A DNA stretch of 64,000 bases from the human T2T-CHM13v2.0 reference genome, Homo sapiens. Shown here one piece after another: positions 1 through 12,545 of the stretch. The translations under genes were made by a program, and so were the position numbers. The number at the start of each line of letters is the position of its first letter. Position 1 is the first letter of the stretch. The notes beneath the pieces were generated by a model. The model was not told the origin of the DNA, searched no databases, and worked only from the letters and a program-made list of their open reading frames with translations. The stretch lies in assembly GCF_009914755.1 (NCBI RefSeq), contig NC_060925.1, one strand, 5' to 3'.

Positions 1-519
1 TATTGAGCACCTACAACAAATGAGATGAGAAAAATAAGAGATAAGTAAGAAGAAATATGTTTTAACAGGGTTTCACCTAATAAGAAATCACTAAAATGTA
101 TCTCAATTAAAAGGTTTAAAAAGATATATGGTTAAAATATTTATCATATCTTTTGTTCTCATTTCTTTTGCTTTTTAATTATTTATTTACTTTGCTCTCA
201 AAGTAAATAAATATTCGAGAATTTACCTATCCCTATTTTCAGGGTTGAATTAAATTCTATAATACATTCTTAAATAATCAGCTGTAGCAGTAACCTTGAA
301 AAATAGAAATAAAGAAGCATTTTAAAATTCTTTTAAAGAATGCATAAAATTAATTCGGAGAGAAAAGATGAAAAATGATATTATTCTACATCAGATAATT
401 GGTTCATAAATATTTTTATATTGTCATCTATTCCTATCTGTGGGAAAAACCAGTTGTAGAGTAAGTTGTTTAATGTCTATCTCAGCCAGCCATCTGCCTG
501 TAAGCATCAAGGGATGAGG

Positions 520-620
520 AAGGACAGGACTGGTCTCTTCTGTTTATCAGAGTGTTTCCCAAGCGCTTGCCACAGTGCTTGGCCCATAGCAGGTGCTCAA
601 TAAATATGCATTGAATGAAT
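520..620 (+). mobile_element. L2 3'-end fragment
   Basis: ...cacagtgcttggcccatagcaggtgctcaataaatatgcattgaatgaat is the typical L2 terminal motif. Similar fragments lie at ~2940-3055 (minus) and ~6065-6150. Confidence 0.65.
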
Positions 621-717
621 ATCCATAGGCCATCTTTTCCATTCTCTTGCTATCAGAAGAAAGGGTCTACTGCTGCTCTGCTAATCACTCAGATTGTCTG
701 TCTCTTTCTGTGTATAG

Positions 718-746
718 AAAAAACAACAACAACAACAACAACAACA
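718..746. repeat. (AAC)n microsatellite
   Basis: aaaaaacaacaacaacaacaacaacaaca seen directly. Confidence 0.9.
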
Positions 747-3700
747 GTTCTGTCTATGTACTCTCCCTCCTTGGGGAAAAAGAGCTTTAGTGCCATAGCT
801 CTAAAAATCTTTCCCCACAGAAGGGTTTTAAACTTCCTTTTCGTAAAGGCTTGGCTGTGAAGGGAAGACCAAGAATCAGCACAAATTCATTGGGAGATAC
901 ATAGTTAATCTCTGCGGGTGCATAACCTTCTAGGTTAGGCAGTCTCTGACCCATTTGTTATTCAACCAGGAATTTCCATGGTTGAAGACTTCCATTATAA
1001 AGTCTTTAGAAAGTCCCAAACATTTCTAATCCCTGGGTTCCACACTATCTACCAAAATCAAATCCCCTGAATTTAGATAGGAATTACAATAAAAACCACT
1101 ACCAGACTTCCTCATTATGGTCCCTAAGCGCCAATGAGCCCTTATCACTGTGACTTTCTGTTTATTCACATTTAGAATGTCCTTTACAATTCATTCTCTA
1201 GAGATTCACAACTTACCTAACATTTGCTTATTGCTCCACATTTTAAAAAAAATCTTGATACAGTATCTCTTTTGATCATCACAATGACCTCAGTACTTAG
1301 TCAAAGAAGTTATTTTCCCAATTTGCCAAATAAAAAGTAGGCATAGAAAGGTCACAAGTCTAGTAAGTATCAGAGCTGAGTCTTTTATCTCTAAGTTAAG
1401 ATGTTTTAAAAAAGATGACTTAATGTACGAATCACAAACTAGTAACCTTCTTAAGTGTCTCAACACAGTTCTTTTATAAACCAAAATTAATTTAAATGTG
1501 CGTAAGCAAGCTACGTCATAGGCCCCCATGCTGTATGGTATTTTACCAAACCCTTCCCACATTCATATTACTATCTGATCATTAAAATTGTTTGCACTGT
1601 GATCCCATCAAATGGAACAGTCATTCATTCATTCATCCATCCATTTGTTCGCGAAACACAGTTGTAGTCACTATCTGAGGTACTAGGAATCAATCTTAAG
1701 TTCCATAAGACATACTCACTGACCTCAAAAAGTTTTTAGGCTAGTAAGGGAATCACATAAGCCCATCTGGACAAAAAGGGTAACAAATAGAGGAACACAC
1801 AAAACGCCAGCCAAGCATAAAGGTCAAATATTTAAATCAGTATGTGAGGATCAGATCATAGAAGGTAATCTATATGGCTAGTATGTCTCCATTGCCTCTC
1901 TCACTTTGGTTTTCAAATGGCATTCCAGAGTGCAGCTTTCAAAATTTAAATTCCATGTCCTTATTAACATTCCATCATATGGAATGATAAGTTTAGATTT
2001 CACTTCAGATTAATCTCAATTCATTACAGATTCATGTTAAACACTGGTAACTACGTTTTGGAGGAAAGCTTAAGGCTATAATTCTACCATAAATTTTAAA
2101 TTTTTTAAACAGATATTCAATATATAACAAAAAAGGCAGATAAGAGAGATGCCTTATTTCTGATCAACAAAAAAAAATATATTCTATTTTATAGCTAGAT
2201 TATAGCCACTTCAAATGTTTTAACACCACATGGACCGCTGTTTCTAAGTACATATAGTCTTATTGTATCAAACTCAGTGAATGTGAAAAGCCACATAACC
2301 AAAATGTACCCAAAGGGAACACATCAAGTTTTCTATACATTGCCTAATACTCACTAAGCCTCTGAATGTAAAAAAACTGAATTATATTTTTTAACTATTT
2401 GTTGATTTGTGAAAGGGGCTCTGGCTCAACTACAACATAAAAAAAAGTTTGGATTTGACATCTTGGAGTTTCTACCAAAAACCCTAATCCAGTCCAAGAC
2501 TGTCAAAACTGTCAAAAACAAAACTGTACTAGTTTTGTATTCGTCTTTAAACTCCTAGCCTCACGAATCAGCATGTATAGGAAAAGAACATGTAATGAAG
2601 GTGCTAATTATTCTGTTATACACCTTGAGCTGTTCTCAGTATATCAGTTAAGATACTTTTGGCTGAATTAAAAAAAAATCTAATTCAAGATAGTTTAAAT
2701 CATAGAAGTAATGTTGAGATATAGTTTTAACACAGAGGCTCTGATTCTCATTCATTTTCTCAGCTTTGCCCTCTCGTTTCCCCCATGTGTCAGTTTTATC
2801 CTTGGGCCTACCCTTCCTGGACACAAGATGGCTACATTTGCTACATTCTCCCTAGTTTATGTCTAGGGAAAATAGGGACTATCCAACATCCTGAAGATCA
2901 AACAAAACTCCTAAGGATTATTTTGACTAGACAATCTTGCTTCATTCATTCTTTCAACAAGTATTGATCACCTACTCTGTGTCAAGTACATTTTTTGGCA
3001 CTGGGAATACAGACTGAACAAAACAGAGTCTCTATCCTTATGGAGCTTGAGTTCTTGTAACCATTCATTAATCAATCAGTGAGACAGGATTGATTTACCT
3101 CCATTGATTTACCTCCTGGGCCTAGGATTAGGGACAATCCCAGTCAAACCACATGGCTACTACACAATACTGTGAAGAATAGAATGAATGCTGGTGTGAC
3201 AACAGCAATGTTTACTACTCTTACCTATAAATATTTTGGTGATGGGTATTGATAATCAGTTAGATTAATTCATACACAGTTCTATATGAGTTGAGAAAAG
3301 ATATGCATACAGAAGTGGTTTATATAGAGATAAGCTATACTTTGGGGAGAGTGGAAGTAATAATGCCTTGCAGTTGTAAAGTGGGCCACAGATCCCAGCC
3401 ACATTCAGCATGATGAGACTTCTGTGCTACCCAGATGCTACTGAAATGCCAACCACCTAACAAAAATTAGCCATGCCAATGTTTTTGCCACCATAATTAG
3501 TACCAGGAAATATGTTTAAAAAACTTTTTTATAACAATATGTTTTTGGAAAGTAAAATATCATCACACTCCATACCAAGACTACAGAATGTCCTAGTTCC
3601 CATTAGTCTCTTCCATGGACACTGCCTTCATCTGTGAATTTAGTCCTGCAGATATCCACTAAGGAGACCTGAATGGGGATGGCCATTTCAATCTAAGCCC

Positions 3701-4639
3701 ATTAAAACAACCAGAAAAAAAATGCATGTCATATTTATAGTGAGAAGTCTCTGAAATAAAGATAGAGTATATTATGTTTACCAATGACCTATCACATTAC
3801 TTGTTTTTAGCTCTGCCTTACCAGAATCAGTAGTGGTGTTTACTTAACACCAAACTGTAAGGCTAAATCACTAAAAATAAGATCCCAGAGATAGGGTATT
3901 AGAAGAATCACACTCAGTGTGTCTTGCAGTGGGCATGAACTAAATAACCAAGTAACTGCCCGATTCAGTAAATATGAGTTCTCAAGGAAATCACCTCCAG
4001 CTTAAGTGAAAATGCTCATATGGAAGGCAGCACTGAAGGTAGGCTTTAAAGGTTGAAGGAAGATGCATAGAAGAATTAAGGAGACAGGTTTGGGAATTTG
4101 CAAATATTTTTATTGGTTGGAGTAAGCAGATTATCAACAGTAGCAATTAGCCAACTGTTAACAAATGTTTGAAAAATTCAGAATTGGAAGATTTAAAATA
4201 GTAACACTTGATCTTTGTAATTTCAACAATTTTGTGGAGTAGTTTTGCTTTAGGAGATGAGTGTCATTGTTTTGCTCTTATTTTCCAAGCTCTGAAAAAT
4301 AACATTAAATATATGTCTTATTTTGTTAGACTTGGATTCATACTCTGAGCTGGAGTCAGTTAACTTCTCATAAGACAATATTGATTAGCTTTGAAAAAGG
4401 AACTCCTGCTAGTCTAGAGACCAGAATTCAGCTACAACTTCATTTTCACAAATAAACTATGACATGGTGGTACTCCAACAGGAATATAACCTGAAGAAAA
4501 ACTTCTCTGGAAGACTGTCAGAACTAAGATTTCAAAGCTGGCTTGAGAAAAACTCTTGAAAATCTGTCAACAGAGTTTTAGTCCTAAAAGCCAGAAAGAT
4601 TTTCAAAGGGTAATGATATCTTACTTTTATGACCCTTAT

Positions 4640-4780
4640 CTCCCCAAAAGATGGGGAAACTGAGGCTCAGAAAGTTATGTGATTTCCCCACGGTCACAGA
4701 GCTAAAAACCAAAGGGGCTGAAATGAAAACACAGGTCGGTAGATTCCAACTCTAAGACCTTTCACTTCAGCATTCTGCCT
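4640..4780 (-). mobile_element. MIR fragment
   Basis: gatggggaaactgaggctcagaaagttatgtgatttccccacggtcacagagcta is the MIR core. Confidence 0.7.
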
Positions 4781-5759
4781 TTCTAAGAAACAAGAAGTTG
4801 AGAAAAATTGAGGAAATCAGAAATAAAATATGTGACAAATGCCAGTAGAAATCAATAGCTCATATAAACAGGTCTGTGATTATGGTGAGGCAAAATGAGG
4901 AGCAATCTTCTCTATAAGAAAAGCACAACACAGACTTAGTCCAAAACCCAAGATTAAACAGAAAACAATTAAAACGGCAATGTTTCCTCGGGGTAAAAAG
5001 CATTAAATTAATTCAATCGAATAATTTATCCTTTCTCTCCTGATATTTTCCAGCAATGTATAAAGGAAGAAAATTATACGTTGATCTCTAAAATTATCAG
5101 AGATAGTAACTAAATTTAACTTTATGGTAATTCTTGTAAGTGCTAAAACATCTTAACATCTAAATTTTTTACTCTAAATTCCCAAAACTTTCCATAGACA
5201 AAAACTTTCAACTTTTTAACAAGAAAGTCTGCTAAACAGTTTATCCCCAATTTGTCTGTATGAAAAACAAACTCAGCTTTGCAGTTTGGGGATAATTAAT
5301 CCCCAAAGCTAGCAAATATATGGTGGAAAAACAGCAAATACTGACTTCAGTAATATATTGCCTTGAAAGATAGTATCTGTAGAATCCTCCTTCCTCCCCT
5401 AATCATCTAAAAGTTTTCCATAATAAAAATATAAAATTATTATGTAGGAAAGTGAGAGGGAAAGGTTAGAGGAAAAGAGCTGTTCAGGTTTTAAAATCCA
5501 ACAAACTAAAAAACTAGCCCCAATACTGTACCCAATCACCACTCTTTCAACAGATTCTACAACAGACCAAAGGAATAATTATGATGCAAGACTCAAAACA
5601 ATCCAGCAGATGTTTTAGGAACACCAAGTTAAACCCATCCCCTCCTCATACCTGAAAAAGTACAGAAGGTATAGGTTATCTCAAGAGCCATAAATTAATT
5701 CCCGATAGCCTTGTGGGAGTAATTTGCTTTCATTCCACACAAATGACTTTAAGATTCAA

Positions 5760-5979
5760 CTTTAAGATTTTTATAACATACACAAGGTATTGTGATCATC
5801 TGATACTTTACTAATTCATATACAAAGTATTGTGATACATTACAAAGTGTTGTGATATATATACTTTACTAATTCATATACAAAGTATTGTGATCATCTG
5901 ATACTTTACTATTTTAATGCCTTTAAGATTTTTAAAACATACACAAAGTATTGGGATCATCTGATACTTTACTAATTCA
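5760..5979. repeat. imperfect minisatellite (~40-60 bp unit containing cataYacaaagtattgtgatcatctgatactttactaattca)
   Basis: About four degenerate copies seen directly; ctttaagattttta recurs at 5760 and 5921. Confidence 0.85.
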
Positions 5980-7478
5980 AAGTCCAGGGGGTAGATAAAA
6001 ATCATTAAAGAATTACAGGGATGAGCTAGTTGTATTTTTGTCAGTCTCCTTAAAAGATTGAGAATTTTCTGAGAACAAGGACCACCCATGTCTTATTCTT
6101 TGTATCCCCAGTTCCTGGTACATAGTAGGTGCTCAATACATACTTGATTAATTAAATTCACAAAGATGTATATAGTTTTCTTTTGATAATCATTGACACT
6201 CATTTGAAGATGCCTTTTTGTACTGATGTAACTGCAAAATTTTTTTAAGAAAATGAATCAAATTAATTATTCTTCCAATCCCACGTTTTATAAGAGTATA
6301 ACTAAGAACTAAATATGTGTAGGAGAAGGCATTAGACCTTAAAGAGGCACATAGAAAACTCATATAGAAGTCCAGATTGACTAAATCAGGTTTATTATTT
6401 TATCCATTAGTCTAAGCAGATTAATTGGAACCAGACATGTGAAGATCCATAAGGTTTTTTAGTAACAATTACTTAAAAAGAAATTTATAGGCTACATTTC
6501 AACACATCCAAATTAACAGTTTAAGAAAAATGTAGATCCTGATAAATATTTAAAAGTGTATATAGGCAAAAATGTTATGATACTCATTCTCTTTTTATAA
6601 CCATACTTATTACACAGTTAACAAGGTACTCAATTCCAAATGATTTGTATAAATAATGTCAATTATCCACATTACCATGAATATATTTTATTTAGAAATT
6701 ACACCAAAACAAAAATTTGTTTTCTTAAATAAACAAACAGAATGACGATACATCCCTAAGTAGTTATTTAATAGACACACCTTAACCACAGCATCTGATT
6801 AATGAGCAATAAAAGCAGTCTGTCCAGGTAACAACTAAAAGAATGTGACAACCTGGTTTTGGTAGATCGCAAAGAAAACTTATTTGTCAATTGAAAAATA
6901 CTGATCTAGGAATAAGTGGCAGAAGCTTATTAAACCAAATGTCAAGGTTGATATTTCTAGACTTATAACTAAAATATCATGAGAAATTGCCATTTTTTAA
7001 GTTTTATACTGGGGTACACATATTGGATGTAAACAAAATAGGTCAATCTATCAACCAAAGTGTTCCATTCTAGAAAAGATATTTGAAATACACAGCCAAT
7101 ATTTGCTTTTTCAAGCCAATTCCTGCCTTGCAGTTATTCCACTGTTAGATATAAGCTTAGCCATCAAGCATAGATGCTTGAACATTTTTTGAATTACCAC
7201 AAATGGCCTTAAGGTTGTTAGCTTTTGATAATATAATGCAAAACCCCTGAGTAGCCACAAAATTAAAAAAAAATACCACTTTAGGTAGACTCAATGCTTA
7301 TTTGTGTTACATTTAATATATGCTTAATATGATCCCATTACAATGTTATTCTATTTTAAAAGTCAATTATTACACCTTTGGAATAATGTCAAAAATATAA
7401 ATTCCAAGTTTAATATAATGAAGAAATACACAAATTATCAGAATTATACATTAACTCCCAATAGCCACATCCAAGTTC

Positions 7479-7485
7479 TGTGTGC

Positions 7486-7527
<42 letters not shown>
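7479..7527. repeat. compound (TG)n(AG)n microsatellite
   Basis: Seen directly. Confidence 0.95.
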
Positions 7528-7529
<2 letters not shown>

Positions 7530-8219
7530 TGTTTATTTGGGTTATTTTATTTTAAAGTTTTGTTTTGTTTCCAAATATTTTTCCTGTACTGTTTTAATAG
7601 TTCCTCCCACCCAACACTTAGCTCAACTGCTTTTGACCTATGTGAATGTGTTTCTGATGTCTGCCAGTCAATACAGAAGCGTAATTTCATTAAAATATAT
7701 TATATATGCTCAGGACTGAGAGAACATTATAAAATGAAGTTTGGCTAAAGTTCAACAGGGCATCAAATAGCACTGGCAAGAATTTTCTTAGATGGTGTAA
7801 AATCTTGCTAACACAACAGTGTGTGCTTAACACAGGAACAATATCAGAAACAGATGTGTTCCAAATGACCAAAGTACCAAACAGAAACAATAATCATGGA
7901 ATATACATTTAAAAACAATACCCTTGCCAACTGGGAAAAAAAAAATTTAAGTGCATGTCTTTGTCAAATAAGAAATGCTACTGATATTTTTCCAGACTAA
8001 ACTTGGCATACAAATATTTTCCCTTTTGCATTCTCTTATATATTGGCATTAAACTTCTATGAGGGTGGCCAAAATTAATGATATAATTATTAATACATGT
8101 TAAAAGAAACTAATCATAGGAAAAGGAAATAAGTCCTTGATTTAACCTAAGAAATTCAGAGGATCTAAGGCCTTCTATCCATCATTTGGAAGGGAAAACA
8201 TTCTCAGCCCAGAAGAATC

Positions 8220-9730
8220 TCACAGGCGCGCGCGTAGGTAGACACACACACACACATACACACACACACACACACTCCTTTTACCTTTTAAAAGGGCTGT
8301 ATACTCGTGCGTGGTCAGTTACATGTATTTGCCCAAGCATTACACCATAGTATTAAAAGTTCTAAGGACCAAGGGCTATGGCTGGCACAGGAACTAAAGC
8401 CAAGTAGAAGAAACTCGAATCCCCGAGGAAGCCCTCCCAGAGGCTGAAATCGCAGGCCTCCAGGGTGATGGTCAGGCCCAAGGCCCCTAGCGCCTGGCCC
8501 CTCCAGGGCTACTGCCTGCCCGCCTAGACGCCGCGCCGAGGAAGGCAGGCGGCGAAGCCACTCCGAAACGACAGCGGCCTCACCCGGCCGTATCGCTCCC
8601 TCCAGCCTTTCTTGCCGACTCGGGCATCCGGAGCCTGTCCACCTCACGGGACAGCTCAGGCACATGTCTGTTCTGACCTAGTTAGGCCTTGCCCCCGTGG
8701 CCTTGTTGTTTGTTGCTGGCTTCTGTTGTGGTTTTTCCTCTCATTTTCACAGCGTTCTGTGGGGTGCTCGAATGTGCACAGCGGGACTTCTGAAGTGTTG
8801 GACAAGAATTACCTACCTATTTACCAGTAGATACGGCTGAGGGAAGGAGGGCTTGGGCCTTGAGTCTCCTTCAGGCTCTCCTTCTCAGGAAAGAAAGGTC
8901 TTATCCTCTGGAAGACCGATCTGATTCCAGGAGAAGAATGTTACCCATGTGAAACCCAAGCCTCTGCCCTGGGGTTTCCCACGGAAAAGGATGCGAGGAG
9001 GGCGGCGGTCAAACCCACCAGGGCGAGGCGAGGAGCCTGTCTCAGGGCCTGGCCTTGGGTAGGCGTCCAGGCTCTCGGAGCCGCGGCCACCCACACCGAC
9101 TTTGGATTAGTGATGAGGAAGGGCGGGGGAGAGGATCACACAGGTCCTCCACCTGCTTTCTGAACAGAGCTTGTTTCCGGGGCACCCGCTCTCGTCGCCC
9201 AGCCCTGCGCCCAAATGCGTCAGTGCCTCCCGGAGTGCACCGCGCGGTGGGGATGCTCCCAACATGCACTGGGGCTGGAGAACTGGGGCCTGAAAGCCGT
9301 GGGGACCTGCCTGACTCCAGGGCGTTTCTCTCGAGGTCGCTTTCGAAGGCAGGCGCCAGCCCAGGCCTCCGGGAGAGAGAAAGGGCCTCAACTCCCAATG
9401 GTGGCGCCCTGCGGGCCTCCGCCTCGCCTCGGGCGTTGGGGTGTTACCAAGGAAAAGCAACAATATTTATGACCAGCAGGCGATGAGAAAGTGTTCGCCC
9501 ATCACGCGATCCATCTCGCTCCCCTGGCTGATTGCCATCCTGGAGACCATCCAACCACCCCCCGGTACCCCCGCCCCCATCCCAGGCCCAGGCTCCACAC
9601 GTGCCTAACTCCATTTCCGCCTGACTCCATTTCCACCTAACTGACCCGGCGCAGTACTCAGGTCCCTCAAGACTCGCCGCTCCTACCCCGCCCCCAGTCC
9701 CGCCATCCTCAAGGTCTTCTAAGAGAATTC
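8220..9730. promoter_or_regulatory. CpG island upstream of LHX8
   Basis: Abrupt switch from AT-rich to GC/CpG-rich sequence with GC boxes (e.g. GGGCGG at 9000 and 9121). Confidence 0.75.
8226..8275. repeat. (GC)4 plus (CA)n alternating purine-pyrimidine tract
   Basis: gcgcgcgcgtaggtagacacacacacacacatacacacacacacacacac. Confidence 0.9.
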
Positions 9731-9804
9731 TCACTTCTATTATACTTCAGGAGACTGGGAGGAGCCACACAGCCAACCTGCAAGGGCGCAAAATATTCTT
9801 TACA

Positions 9805-9990
9805 TGCAGCACAATGGTTAAGACCTTGTAATGAGTTTAGGTTCAGCCTCTGTCTCTAATTTGTCGTGAGAATGTGGGACACCTCTCTGAGCTTCAGGTT
9901 CCCCATCTGTGAGTCAGGCATAATAATACCTACTTCACAGAAGATTGTGAGGAATACATATGACAACATATGTAAAAGCCGGGCAAAGCT
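9805..9990 (+). mobile_element. MIR
   Basis: acctctctgagcttcaggttccccatctgtgagtcaggcataataatacctacttcacagaagattgtgagg is the MIR core. Confidence 0.75.
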
Positions 9991-11382
9991 AAACAATACA
10001 TGTTACTTCTTATAAAAGGATGCAAATTCATCTCTAGAAATACAGTCTTTTTAGGAAAAAAGTTGTCTCAGCCTGGGAGGAAGGGTGGTTTAAAGAAGCA
10101 GGAATTCTGGCTTAGTTTACTGCCTGCTTTTTTTCTGTATCCTGACCTCTAAAAGACAGATTTACATGTATTAATCCAGGTTTTTTTTTTTTAAATGCAA
10201 GAGGTTCCTCCCCACACACAATACCCCGAAACTACCGAAGCAGGGCAGAAGTATTCTGAAGGAGAGGAGGGGAAAGAAACCTTAAAAAGGCATCGTATGT
10301 ATTAAAAGCTTCAAAAGAAACTGCCGCCTATTTATTTCTTCCCAAAACTTTGAGATGCAAAAACAATAATGATGCAAACTGTAAAGAGATTAGCCACATC
10401 AGGGTGTTATTACTGAAAGTTGGAACAACCTAAAGACTCCATTTAAAATTAATAGTAATAATAATAAACACCTGTCGGAGGCCCTTCTGAGGAAGGGGGG
10501 TGGTATTTGAGGGAAATAAATGGGATTAATCACTTCTGAAACAATTTTTGCCGTGTTTCTAAGCCTACAGCAGCTATAGCTGAGTTCGCAAATCTTCTTG
10601 GTGTGTCTGCCAAGAAGACACACCAAGTCTTAAGAAACCTAGTGGTTTCTCCCTTAGCGCTGAGTAATTTCAATATCGCAAGCGCTGGTAAAACCATTCC
10701 AGTTTGCATGGTCTCTTCCAGCCCTTTTTCAGGACTTTGGAATCCCAGCCAATTCCTAGACAAGGGCCTGTTTCTGCTTGGATGGACTGTGACTGGGGAG
10801 AGACTAGGCCCAGCCACCAAGGCACCCAGGGCACACTACTGTGATCCGCTGTAGAGTGGGACCTGTCGTACTCAAGAATGAAGACTCCATCTACTGCCCT
10901 CGCGTCTCCTCCGTGTTCTTCCTCCTCTTTGTGGACTGTAAACGAAGGTGTATCTCCTTTCTAGGCCAGAGAGGATGGCGTGCAGCAGCGCCTGGCTCCA
11001 AATGACCTCAGCTCCCATTCTGACTGTCCATCTTGGGTCCTCTTTTTACCCTGAAGCAAGCCAAAACCTACATCAATGTCTGGCCATCACACACAGCATT
11101 TCCAAGTGCGCGTCCAGAGTCTGTCTATGGGGGCTTGCCCCAGGCTTGGCTTCTCCTATCCAACACATTCCTACTGGCCGCCCCTCCCCGCCCCCAGAGC
11201 CTCCTGTATAAACAGAGGCTCTGACTCAGTTGGTCTCTTAGGCACTCAGAGTAGGTTTCCCAATTTAATTGCAAACGCTGAGGTCTGAAGGACTCGCAGG
11301 AGGGAAGAACTCAAATGAAGCATAATGCCTGAGGATCCCTTGGAGGTTATAAGCTTATAAGCCTCTGTTATAAGACAAAATA

Positions 11383-11542
11383 GCAAAGTAATTAAAAGTC
11401 AGCCCTCCGTGTCGGATGTCTGGGTTTGAATTCTGACCTGGCTTGGTAAAATATGACTTTGGGCAAATTAAAGAAGTGAGGTTGTATATGCCACAACATC
11501 AGTGGGGCGTTTGACAAATAACAAGCCACTTGCTAATTATTA
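11383..11542 (+). repeat. copy 1 of a ~155-bp local direct duplication (MIR-like 5' part)
   Basis: Aligns by eye with 12392-12545 at roughly 80% identity. Confidence 0.85.
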
Positions 11543-12279
11543 TGTCAGAATTTTCATGCCCTTTCTTACCTAGCTCTTCAAGGGCTTGAAAGATGCAGGA
11601 ACTGAGCAAGAAGGTACCTATGCAAAGACGTAGGAGCGCTAGAATTAAGAAGGCAGAGAAAGACATGAAACCCCCTGCGCCTGCCAGCATATACTTTCAT
11701 TCAGAAAGCAATTTTTTATTGTCTAGTGCCAGGCACTGAACTAGGTTTCGGAGCGTCGTCAGAACAGCACATGGTTCCTGCATCCAGGAAGCTTGTAGAG
11801 CCTCAGGAAGAACTGCAGGGGTCGACTTTATTCAAGTTTGTGTCGGGAAAAACTATTGCTAAAGGCTTCTCCCGAGTGGTCAGTAAATGAGAAACAATAA
11901 ATAGCCTTTGCACAAACTGAACCACGCAGCGCAGCCTCTGCTACTGCACACAATAACAGGAGTTCGGTCAAGGCCCAAAAGGAAAGTTCCAGAAGTGAGC
12001 GCAGACCTTTGGACCTCAGTCTGTACGGAGATCGAGTCACCGTCTATTCAATCCAGGTTTTGTTCCACTTGCTGATGATTAGACATCAAATTATGCAATC
12101 TGCAAGGAAAAGGAGAGAGAACGATTTTACCGCCGATTTAAGCGTTCTCCTTTTTCCCCTTCGTGGCCGTTTTATTCGGCACTGAAATGCTGTTTAACCT
12201 CAGCAAGAGTAGGCGTGGGAAGGTGGCGCTCTTCCCCACAGCACACCAGGCACCCCCCAGCTGCTCAGCGGAAGTGGGC

Positions 12280-12454
12280 AGAGGCAAGAGGCTAGCGGCT
12301 GGACCACTTGTGCTGGAGTGGTAAAGAACTATCATGAATCCATTTACTGAAAGTGTCCATTTCTGAACTCACCCTAAAGAGGACAAACACCGCAAAGTAG
12401 TTAAAAGTCAGGCATTCGCGTCGGACGTCTGGGTTTGAATTCTGCCCTGGCTTG
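12280..12454 (+). other. LHX8: putative non-coding distal first exon of LHX8 (start uncertain)
   Basis: CpG-containing segment downstream of an ETS motif (CGGAAGTG, ~12268-12276), ending at a possible donor TTG|GTAAAA (GT 12455-12456). A good acceptor (ctctctcttag) follows at 14061-14071. Inference only. Confidence 0.4.
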
Positions 12455-12545
12455 GTAAAATAGGGCTTTGGATAAATTAAAGTAGGGTTGTGTGCCATAA
12501 CGTCAGTGCGGGCATTTGACAAATAATAATCAACAGCTATGATTA
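12392..12545 (+). repeat. copy 2 of a ~155-bp local direct duplication
   Basis: Shares gtctgggtttgaattctg.cctggcttggtaaaata...tttgacaaataa with 11383-11542. Confidence 0.85.

Noticed and set aside
5760-5979. Repeat array as CRISPR-like
   Set aside because: Units are degenerate and adjacent without unique spacers, there are no cas genes, and the context is mammalian.
8315-9734. Multiple overlapping 70-143 aa ORFs on both strands
   Set aside because: Arg/Gly/Pro-rich products expected from stop-poor GC-rich CpG-island DNA; many start at non-ATG codons; no recognisable domain.
12214-12240. Paired RBPJ (SPS) site
   Set aside because: The second half-site (TTCCCCAC) is non-canonical and the spacing is about 10 bp rather than 15-17 bp.
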